A stretch of 26,051 nucleotides of DNA from a virus (Duplodnaviria > Heunggongvirae > Uroviricota > Caudoviricetes). Position 1 is the stretch's first letter. Every line of letters starts with the position of its first letter. Shown here piece after piece: positions 1 to 5,684 of the stretch. The notes beneath the pieces are model-generated. The model saw only the letters and a program-made list of their open reading frames with translations. It had not been told where the DNA came from and did not search any database. The DNA lies in the IMG/VR virus record IMGVR_UViG_3300015186_000011, positions 1 to 26,051 of that record; one strand, written 5' to 3'. Position numbers and translations under genes: made by a program.

Positions 1-1148
1 GAAGATGGATTAGAAACCACACCACCACTAACATCCATATTAGAAACACAATCTACAGTATATTTTTTATTTCCTACACCGTACATCAGGAATGTGGTCC
101 CTGTGGTAATATCAGGAGCAAATGTTGCAGTATATCCAGAGCCCCATTTGCCCACACCAAGACCAATTATCCCACCACCAGAAACAGGTGTTAACGTATC
201 CGTTATTACATACGCATTATCAGTACCATAAATAACCTTTCCTGTGTTAATGGCAGCTTGCCACGCGGCCCAGTCTATTGACTGAGATAATGAGTCAACA
301 AAAGGATATAAGGATTTTGCTTCAGAAATTGAAGAAAACCTCTCAGATAATGGATGATATTTCCCATCCCCAATTGCTCCGAATTGTTTTACATTTAAGA
401 AAAGAGCATTGTTTTCATGCTGAGTTATAGTTACAGCCCCGGCAAATGGCTGCCTTACACCAATTAATGCATCACCTTTTCCTTCTCCTGCGCTAGATAA
501 TTGCAGAAGAACATCTGCGGCACTGCCAGAAGGCACAGGTACACCTATAGGTTTACCATTGACGATACCAATGACAGTTTCTTCCAGTAAATGAACTGGA
601 GGAAGTGGTTCAATAAAATTATCTGGAACCCGTAATGTCCTGTTAATATTCACATTAACAATATTATCAACATAATTCTTTGTAGCTGCATCTTGAGGCT
701 TGGAAGGATCGCGCAAATTGCGGATGTAATTATTCAAAGCATCGTAATAGTTTGCCACAAATGATGGCTTGCGCAGCGCCAGGCTAAACCAACTGCGGAC
801 TTGCTGTATCAGCATCGTCAGCTTATCTAACGCGTCTTCATGCACCTCAGCGAAAAACTTTCCCTGATTTCGCAGATCAGTTTCCTGCGTAACCGGTAGC
901 TCTCGTGATATAGAAATCTGATAACCGTTAGCTAACGCCTTCGACAGAATTACATTACCGCCATTATATCCACCAGCCCCAGTGACAGTGTAATCAGTAT
1001 CAAGAGCCAGCACAGCGATATTTTCGTCAAGGTCAACCACCTGTACTGCCAGATCAGATTCCTTGAAAACCCTAAAGGTATACGGGAATGATGTCGTAAC
1101 GCCGTTACCGGTGTATTCGTTGTGGTCAACTTCGGTTGAGACCGTCAT
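1..1148 (-). CDS. Tailspike protein, C-terminal end cut by the left window edge; conserved N-terminal particle-binding domain followed by a beta-helix depolymerase-like body
   Basis: Absent from the ORF track because it is open at the window edge. ATG at 1148-1146 with GGAGA at 1156-1160. Hand translation MTVSTEVDHNEYTGNGVTTSFPYTFRVFKESDL...LRDPSKPQDAATKNYVDN matches, from memory, the N-terminus of epsilon15 gp20-type tailspikes. Further on, FGAIGDGKYHPLS resembles pectate-lyase-fold tailspikes. Confidence 0.85.
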   Translation of the reverse strand, partial: MTVSTEVDHNEYTGNGVTTSFPYTFRVFKESDLAVQVVDLDENIAVLALDTDYTVTGAGGYNGGNVILSKALANGYQISISRELPVTQETDLRNQGKFFAEVHEDALDKLTMLIQQVRSWFSLALRKPSFVANYYDALNNYIRNLRDPSKPQDAATKNYVDNIVNVNINRTLRVPDNFIEPLPPVHLLEETVIGIVNGKPIGVPVPSGSAADVLLQLSSAGEGKGDALIGVRQPFAGAVTITQHENNALFLNVKQFGAIGDGKYHPLSERFSSISEAKSLYPFVDSLSQSIDWAAWQAAINTGKVIYGTDNAYVITDTLTPVSGGGIIGLGVGKWGSGYTATFAPDITTGTTFLMYGVGNKKYTVDCVSNMDVSGGVVSNPS

Positions 1149-1201
1149 GTTAAATCTCCAGATAGTCGCAGCACCCGTTGCGCCGCATATCCGGTTATTC
1201 T

Positions 1202-1267
1202 ATTACCTGAAAAACCACATATGGATAGACAACCCATAAATACGAACAGATATTACCTTTCAGGTGA
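1202..1267. promoter_or_regulatory. Intergenic control module, copy 1: ATTACC-N5-AACCACATATG (1202-1223) plus dyad TTACC-N5-GGTGA (1253-1267) overlapping a TAGACA-17-GATATT promoter-like element
   Basis: Lies between the tailspike start (1148, minus) and the plus-strand accessory genes. The same two motifs recur at 21199-21276 upstream of the portal operon. -35 at 1226-1231, -10 at 1249-1254 (plus strand). Confidence 0.45.
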
Positions 1268-1300
1268 TTCGCAAAACGTGCTGGATAGCAAACAAATTAT

Positions 1301-1329
1301 TTGATACTGTATAAACATACAGTTATTGC
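1301..1329 (+). promoter_or_regulatory. SOS-regulated promoter: TTGATA-17-TATTGC with a LexA box filling the spacer
   Basis: TACTGTATAAACATACAGTT at 1305-1324 is CTGT-N8-ACAG and matches 17/20 of the LexA consensus TACTGTATATATATACAGTA. It sits 20 nt upstream of the ATG at 1344. Confidence 0.7.
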
Positions 1330-1343
1330 ATGGAGAAGATAAG

Positions 1344-1601
1344 ATGCAGCAGTATCACTATCCACTGGAAGACGGATTTACCGAAAGGATTCACACGCCG
1401 GGAGGCGTCAGATCACTAGTGGAGGGATCGCACTTGATGAAATTACTCCGGGATCTCGATAAGGATGGATTTAATGTCGATGGCCCACTTGCCGAACTGA
1501 CTGCACTGATTAACTACGTCACCAGCTCACAGATGTCTATGCAGGATCTGCAAACACATCTCGACTATTGTGCCGAACAATTACGAAAGCAAACCAGATA
1601 A
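1344..1601 (+). CDS. 85-aa stand-alone homologue of the C-terminal domain shared by the two antirepressors; candidate SOS-inducible antirepressor or modulator
   Basis: ATG at 1344 with GGAG at 1332-1335 (the track's TTG start at 1326 has no RBS). The sequence YHYPLEDGFTERIHTPGGV..LMKLL..L.KDGFNV.G..AELT....Y......L.D.QTH..Y aligns by eye at ~35-40% identity with the last ~80 aa of ORFs 1915-2607 and 3858-4802. Confidence 0.65.
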   Translation: MQQYHYPLEDGFTERIHTPGGVRSLVEGSHLMKLLRDLDKDGFNVDGPLAELTALINYVTSSQMSMQDLQTHLDYCAEQLRKQTR

Positions 1602-1639
1602 GGTTTGCAATTACCAAGCGGAGTGCTTATATTTACCTT

Positions 1640-1762
1640 TGCGGTAAATTTACATCGCACTCCTCTTGTGCCATAGTAATCGAGCACTGGCAAAATCCAG
1701 TGCCGGGATTGGTCTCCCGGATTACTACAGAGGCACATATGCCGCATAAGCGGTTTTTTTAT
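1640..1762 (+). ncRNA. Candidate ~120-nt sRNA, or a structured 3'UTR of the upstream gene
   Basis: Promoter-like TTGCAA (1604-1609)-18-TATATT (1628-1633). Dyad TTACC-N5-GGTAA at 1633-1647. Hairpins GCACTGG/CCAGTGC (1684-1703) and CGGGA/TCCCG (1704-1719). Weak terminator CCGC-ataa-GCGG plus T7 at 1742-1760. Only implausible ORFs overlap it. Confidence 0.3.
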
Positions 1763-1914
1763 GTGTAAAGCGCACCTATTCTATGGTGGGCTGTGTGGGG
1801 GCACCGAAAGGTGCGCCGGGTTCCTTTGTAGCCGGTAAGACCAACTCTGCACAGTTCACCACCATCTGATTGGTCTCAGCGGTGGTGATTAACCTAACTA
1901 CAAAGGTGATCGCC

Positions 1915-2607
1915 ATGAATACCAAACCTTCCATCTTTTCCTTTGAGTCATCCTGCCAGATCCGTATGTTCATGATTGACGGAGAACCTTGGTTTGTCAC
2001 CAAAGATGTGTGCAATGCTTTGAATATTGATGTTACACAAGCGAGAAAACTTGATAAAAAAGGCTGGAACAAAAAGGGGCTGTATTCAATACAGACCCCT
2101 GGTGGAATACAAGAACTATCCATCGTTTCAGAATCAGGTCTCTACATCCTTATTCTGCGTTGCAAAGAGGCAATGACTGAGGGAACGAGAGCATTCAGAT
2201 TTCTTGAATGGGTTACAGGTGAGGTTCTTCCTCAGATCCGCCGCACCGGAAGTTACATTAAAAACTCGCTCCCGCAGGAAGAACGCATAAAGATGGTTGC
2301 CGACCAGGTAGCCAACGCCACGGCGTCAGCAGTGATGCAGGCGATGAAGATAGAGAACAAAACCTACAGTGCCCCACTGAAGCCCGGCTACCGCAGCCTG
2401 ATTCATTCGCCGTCTGGTGTTCTCGGCCTGACGGAGAACTCACTGCTGATGAATTTGCTGAACAAGTTACAGGAAGACGGGCACGATGTATCGGGCGCGG
2501 CAGCGGAGCTGACCACCATGTTCTGCTACATCGTCGGTGTGAGCAAATGCCTGCGTGATATCCAGACGCACGCGGAGTACATCAATGACAAGGCAGGGTT
2601 CTTCTGA
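1915..2607 (+). CDS. BRO-N domain antirepressor-like protein (230 aa) with the shared C-terminal domain
   Basis: ATG at 1915 preceded by AAGGTG. The N-terminus SIFSFESSCQIRMFMIDGEPWFVTKDVCNALNI...GGIQELSIVSESGLYILILRC...AFRFLEWVTGEVLPQIRRTGSY is the classic Bro-N pattern. The C-terminal 78 aa are nearly identical to those of the Ant homologue. Confidence 0.85.
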   Translation: MNTKPSIFSFESSCQIRMFMIDGEPWFVTKDVCNALNIDVTQARKLDKKGWNKKGLYSIQTPGGIQELSIVSESGLYILILRCKEAMTEGTRAFRFLEWVTGEVLPQIRRTGSYIKNSLPQEERIKMVADQVANATASAVMQAMKIENKTYSAPLKPGYRSLIHSPSGVLGLTENSLLMNLLNKLQEDGHDVSGAAAELTTMFCYIVGVSKCLRDIQTHAEYINDKAGFF

Positions 2608-2630
2608 CGGGCGGCGGCACATGGATGTGC
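2374..2630. repeat. Left arm of a 257-bp inverted repeat (partner 3835-4091)
   Basis: By-eye alignment with the reverse complement of 3835-4091 shows about 11 mismatches and no indels. It covers the last ~78 codons, the stop and a GGCACA-n4-TGTGC hairpin. Nearly all differences are synonymous (one K/Q change). Confidence 0.9.
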
Positions 2631-2692
2631 CTACAATTATCAATAATTGTTTACACTCGTTGCAGTTAAAAGCATTATACTCATGTTTAAAA

Positions 2693-2707
2693 TTACCCGA
2701 TTGGTAA
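2693..2707. promoter_or_regulatory. TTACC-N5-GGTAA dyad (site E) upstream of the cassette genes
   Basis: TTACCcgattGGTAA lies 22 nt before the ATG at 2729. A possible TTTACA (2650-2655)-17-CATTAT promoter lies upstream. Confidence 0.4.
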
Positions 2708-2728
2708 AGTCGATTGGTTGAGGTTCAT

Positions 2729-3055
2729 ATGAGCAGAAGATATGTCAAGGAGCTGGCTATAGAGTCTGGCACCCCTTTGGGTATCGTTCCTGGCTCCAAC
2801 TATGCCAAGGCTTTAAACCGAGACTCTGTCGTCAAAGTTATATCAAGAGACATGAATATGGTCGGAGACGATCTCAGACGGTCAGAAAATCGTGTTTATG
2901 CTGAATATATAGTAAAGAACGGAAAAAAAATTGCAGCGCCTGCTGGCGGAAAATGGGCAATAGTGACAGGGAAAAACTCAAATGCAAGAGGAAAACCAGA
3001 AGCTAAAGGAATGTCCTTCGACAAATATGCAAAAATCTATTGGGCAACCAAGTGA
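2729..3055 (+). CDS. Hypothetical 108-aa basic protein, first gene of the cassette
   Basis: ATG at 2729 with GAGGT 5 nt upstream (the track's start at 2714 lacks an RBS). I recognise no family. The C-terminus is Lys-rich. Confidence 0.55.
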   Translation: MSRRYVKELAIESGTPLGIVPGSNYAKALNRDSVVKVISRDMNMVGDDLRRSENRVYAEYIVKNGKKIAAPAGGKWAIVTGKNSNARGKPEAKGMSFDKYAKIYWATK

Positions 3056-3530
3056 TAACGAAGAAACTGAGTTCGAGGAAGTTGAGGAAGGGCTAAGTAA
3101 CGAGATCATTCAACACCCAGATGCCTTCACAAGAGTTCTTGATCGCCCTGAAATTCAGGAGATAGTTGTCGCTCACCATGCGTTTCAGGGTCCGCTTCCT
3201 CCCCCCTATCTGCTTCGCGGGTATCAGGATATTTTACCTGATGCCCCCGAACGCATCTTCCAGCTGACGGAGAAGGAGTTTGCTCACCGCCAGAAAATGG
3301 AGGAAAAGGCACTTGACGGGGCTATTAATAGAGATAAACGTGGGCAGTGGTTTGGCCTGAGTGCAACTATTTTTACAGTAGCTTGTGCAACATTATTAGG
3401 TTTAACAGGTCATGAAGTTCTAGCTGGCACAGTGATCGGTACAGTTGTTGCAGTGGCTGGTATTTTTGTTCTCAGACAAAAACCGAGCTTAAAGAAGAAC
3501 GCTGAAGATAAAACACCAGAAGAAGAGTAA
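2982..3530 (+). CDS. DUF2335-like membrane protein (start ambiguous: 2982 or 3027)
   Basis: An acidic N-terminus is followed by HHAFQGPLPPPYLLRGYQDILPDAPERIFQLTEKEFAHRQKME and two C-terminal TM helices. From memory this is the DUF2335 signature. It overlaps the upstream ORF in another frame. Confidence 0.7.
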   Translation: MQEENQKLKECPSTNMQKSIGQPSDNEETEFEEVEEGLSNEIIQHPDAFTRVLDRPEIQEIVVAHHAFQGPLPPPYLLRGYQDILPDAPERIFQLTEKEFAHRQKMEEKALDGAINRDKRGQWFGLSATIFTVACATLLGLTGHEVLAGTVIGTVVAVAGIFVLRQKPSLKKNAEDKTPEEE

Positions 3531-3551
3531 GCCCGCGACGCGGGCTTTTTT
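3531..3551 (+). terminator. Rho-independent terminator
   Basis: GCCCG-cgacg-CGGGC followed by TTTTTT, immediately after the stop codon at 3528-3530. Confidence 0.85.
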
Positions 3552-3623
3552 GTGGGCGAAACAAAAGTCAGTGCTACACTCATTGACGCCACATTGAGGT
3601 GGTTTATAGATGGAAATTTCACA

Positions 3624-3785
3624 ATGAAAAAAGCATTTGCTGCACTGTTCGTTTTGTTGTCTCTGGTAGCTTCAACTCAGGCCTTTGCCGGTCGTTGTCA
3701 GCACGACAGCGACACTGCTGCTGACGGCTCCCGCTGCGGTGGGCGTTCTGCGGATTCCCGCCCGGGCGGCGGTGGCATTCGTTAA
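3624..3785 (+). CDS. Small secreted peptide (53 aa) with a signal peptide
   Basis: MKKAFAALFVLLSLVASTQAFA|GRCQHDSD...: a typical Sec signal with an AFA-G cleavage site. The mature ~31 aa carries 2 Cys and a Gly-rich tail. TTGACG (3583-3588)-16-TATAGA lies upstream. The track's ORF start at 3552 is unlikely. Confidence 0.5.
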   Translation: MKKAFAALFVLLSLVASTQAFAGRCQHDSDTAADGSRCGGRSADSRPGGGGIR

Positions 3786-3790
3786 AAACA

Positions 3791-3808
3791 AGGCCGCGAA
3801 AGCGGCCT
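3791..3808. terminator. GNRA-loop hairpin terminator between convergent genes; the U-tract is on the minus-strand (ant) side
   Basis: AGGCCGC-gaaa-GCGGCCT. The minus-strand transcript would continue as UUGUUUUUA. There is no U-tract on the plus strand. Confidence 0.7.
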
Positions 3809-3820
3809 GTGACATGTCAC
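3809..3820. repeat. 12-bp perfect palindrome GTGACATGTCAC (site 1 of 3)
   Basis: Exact copies occur at 22255-22266 and 24520-24531. This one abuts the terminator hairpin at 3791-3808. Confidence 0.9.
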
Positions 3821-3834
3821 GATAGTTTCGTTTT

Positions 3835-4091
3835 GCACATCCCTGTGCCGCCGCCCGTCAGAAGAACCCTGCCTTGTCGTTGATGTACTCCGCGTGCGTC
3901 TGGATATCACGCAGGCATTTGCTCACACCAACGATGTAACAGAACATGGTGGTCAGCTCCGCCGCCGCGCCCGATACATCGTGCCCGTCTTCCTGTAACT
4001 GGTTCAGCAGATTCATCAGCAGTGAGTTCTCCGTCAGACCGAGAACACCAGACGGAGAATGAATCAGACTGCGGTAGCCGGGCTTCAATGG
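3835..4091. repeat. Right arm of the 257-bp inverted repeat (partner 2374-2630)
   Basis: See the left arm. It covers the 3' end of the ant homologue plus ~23 nt beyond its stop. Confidence 0.9.
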
Positions 4092-4802
4092 ATAACCATA
4101 ACATTTTGTCTGTGTTTTAATTGCCTCACGAAGCGCATCTAACATCTTGACTGCCACTTCATCATTCTCTGATGCAGATCCAGCAGGGAGATACTCCCCT
4201 TCAAGCGGAACCCGAGCAACAAGAGACAACGCTTCGGCAAATTGATCTTCACCAATTTCTTTGTACGAACAGCCAAAATGAGATTTCAGTGACGACCACA
4301 TGGTGATCATCGCCTTAGCCTGTTTTTCTTTTGGCAGAGACTGACCGCGACTCATGACGAGTTGTTTAATGGCTTCCTGCTGTTCAGTTGTTATTTTACC
4401 CGGCAACGCCTTTTTAGCTTTGCGTGGGTTAACCACATGGCCTTTAGTCCAGTACTCGTAGAGCACATCGTCACACTCTTCCTGATACTGGATTACCTTG
4501 TCGCGGATTTCAGGGCGGACTTTGTTAGGGCTGATGGTTTGCAGCCAACCTGCAAGTTTGCGTAAAGCAAGACAGATAACCAGACGACGCTGAGTATCAC
4601 CGGGGAGCTGAATGGTCATTTCGACCATGCAGCTCTTAAAGCGTTGTTGCAACTTGCGGAACTGCGTTTTCCAGTCCAGCCCCATACCTTCAACGACTGG
4701 TTTCATTGGGGTGTATGGTTCGCCGTTATGATTGACAACATAAAGCTCTGCGCCGTGGAATGGCACGTTGATAGTAGATACCGCTGTTGCTATACTCGTC
4801 AT
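3858..4802 (-). CDS. ant: Antirepressor, P22 Ant-type N-terminal domain (314 aa)
   Basis: VPFHGAELYVVNHNGEPYTPMKPVVEGMGLDWKTQFRKL...LRKLAGWL fits the P22_AR_N pattern from memory. It sits directly downstream of an Arc-like gene and opposite an Mnt-like gene, as in P22 immI. Confidence 0.85.
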   Translation of the reverse strand: MTSIATAVSTINVPFHGAELYVVNHNGEPYTPMKPVVEGMGLDWKTQFRKLQQRFKSCMVEMTIQLPGDTQRRLVICLALRKLAGWLQTISPNKVRPEIRDKVIQYQEECDDVLYEYWTKGHVVNPRKAKKALPGKITTEQQEAIKQLVMSRGQSLPKEKQAKAMITMWSSLKSHFGCSYKEIGEDQFAEALSLVARVPLEGEYLPAGSASENDEVAVKMLDALREAIKTQTKCYGYPLKPGYRSLIHSPSGVLGLTENSLLMNLLNQLQEDGHDVSGAAAELTTMFCYIVGVSKCLRDIQTHAEYINDKAGFF

Positions 4803-4877
4803 GTCGTTAATTCCTATACGTAGTTTTACGATACTGAAGCCCTGACGGTCTGGCCACCGTGGGGCTTCGCTGTTTTA
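4803..4877 (+). ncRNA. sar-like antisense RNA (~70 nt) covering the ant RBS and the arc-ant spacer
   Basis: A strong promoter, TTGATA (4768-4773)-17-TATACT (4791-4796), lies inside the first ant codons and points the other way. Predicted TSS is ~4803. A terminator hairpin at 4836-4868 is followed by GCTGTTTTA. Geometry and size mirror P22 sar. Confidence 0.5.
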
Positions 4878-5042
4878 TGCCACGCTATTCTTCTCACCAG
4901 TGAGTCCATACACTTTCCTCAGCTGATAGATAATCTCTGTATTGAACTTTCGGCATTCTTTTTCGCCATTTCTTTCAATAGCTAACTTCACATCGTCCGG
5001 AAAACGAACTCGTCGTTGACACATCTCTTTTGCTTTTTGCAT
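4875..5042 (-). CDS. arc: Arc-like ribbon-helix-helix repressor (55 aa)
   Basis: ATG at 5042 with AAGGAG 7 nt upstream (the track's start at 5063 lacks an RBS). RVRFPDDVKLAIERNGEKECRKFNTEIIYQLRKVYG parallels P22 Arc (FNLRWPREVLDLVRKVAEENGRSVNSEIYQRVMESF). Confidence 0.75.
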   Translation of the reverse strand: MQKAKEMCQRRVRFPDDVKLAIERNGEKECRKFNTEIIYQLRKVYGLTGEKNSVA

Positions 5043-5132
5043 TTCATATCTCCTTAGCCCCACCGTGGGGCAAAATAATTGTCACACCGTGCGTCATTGA
5101 TGTCAAGCACACGGTGAGGCATACTTCAATCA
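5043..5132. promoter_or_regulatory. Divergent overlapping promoters with RHH operators (Pant-like / Pmnt-like)
   Basis: Minus strand: TTGACA (5106-5101)-17-GACAAT (5083-5078). Plus strand: TTGATG (5097-5102)-17-CATACT (5120-5125). A 15-bp palindrome GCCCCAC-C-GTGGGGC sits at 5057-5071, at the predicted +1 of the ant promoter. CACCGTG (5085-5091) and CACGGTG (5110-5116) each lie in a promoter spacer. Confidence 0.6.
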
Positions 5133-5162
5133 TTGCAAGTAACTCAATATTTGGTGAAGAAC

Positions 5163-5594
5163 ATGAGCAGAGAAGATCCACAACTAAGGATCAGACTTCC
5201 CGTTGAAGTAAAAGAAAAAATAGAAATTTCTGCAAAAGCCAATAAGCGATCAATGAACGCTGAAATAGTACAACGTCTTGACACCAGCTTTCTGAAAGAT
5301 ATTCATGAAGATGACGTAATTTCTGCTTATGAAGCAAAAATTATTGCAAACAATGCACGACATGAAATATCAAATATTATTTTCAAAAGAACCTTTAATG
5401 AAATTAATAAGAAAATAACACTTGGACATACAAGTTTTTATATAAACCTTAATGACCTTGAACTGGAATCACTTGCAGATAATGATTACCAGATCATCTT
5501 TGAAAAAACATTTAATAAGCTCAATGAACTAGGTTACATCATCTGTGAAAACTCATGGGATGCAGATGGTTTTGGAATTGAAATACCTGAATAG
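5163..5594 (+). CDS. mnt: Mnt-like RHH repressor with an extra AT-rich C-terminal domain (143 aa)
   Basis: MSREDPQLRIRLPVEVKEKIEISAKANKRSMNAEIVQRL aligns with P22 Mnt MARDDPHFNFRMPMEVREKLKFRAEANGRSMNSELLQIV (from memory). The ATG at 5163 follows GGTGA. P22 Mnt is only 83 aa, so the last ~90 aa are additional. Confidence 0.8.
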   Translation: MSREDPQLRIRLPVEVKEKIEISAKANKRSMNAEIVQRLDTSFLKDIHEDDVISAYEAKIIANNARHEISNIIFKRTFNEINKKITLGHTSFYINLNDLELESLADNDYQIIFEKTFNKLNELGYIICENSWDADGFGIEIPE

Positions 5595-5605
5595 GAAGAA
5601 CAAAA

Positions 5606-5632
5606 GGCGTGTACATATTACACGTCTTTAAT
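5606..5632 (+). terminator. Hairpin terminator after the mnt-like gene
   Basis: GGCGTGTA-catat-TACACGTC (8 bp including one GU pair) followed by TTTAAT. Confidence 0.55.
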
Positions 5633-5684
5633 ACAATTGAAAAACGCCACATTACTGATGTATGTTACAACAAGGAGCGATATT

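Noticed and set aside
1251-1264. The 14-mer ATTACCTTTCAGGT shared with 21261-21274, taken on its own as proof of a repeat.
   Set aside because: About one identical 14-mer pair is expected by chance in 26 kb. It is treated as meaningful only because it is a dyad, recurs as TTACC-N5-GGTAA at three more intergenic sites, and co-occurs with the second shared 22-nt element.
1565-1768. The 60-aa (minus) and 66-aa (plus) ORFs in the 1602-1762 spacer.
   Set aside because: They lack an RBS, are Cys-rich with odd composition, and overlap promoter, hairpin and terminator signals.
3552-3623. The upstream extension of the secreted-peptide ORF (77-aa version).
   Set aside because: The extension starts inside the preceding terminator's T-tract region and adds a non-signal N-terminus. 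ATG 3624 gives a canonical signal peptide.
3809-3820. GTGACATGTCAC as a CRP site or a -35-type promoter element.
   Set aside because: CRP needs TGTGA-N6-TCACA, whereas here the half-sites are 2-4 nt apart. Only the copy at 24520 has plausible -35/-10 partners, and those are weak.
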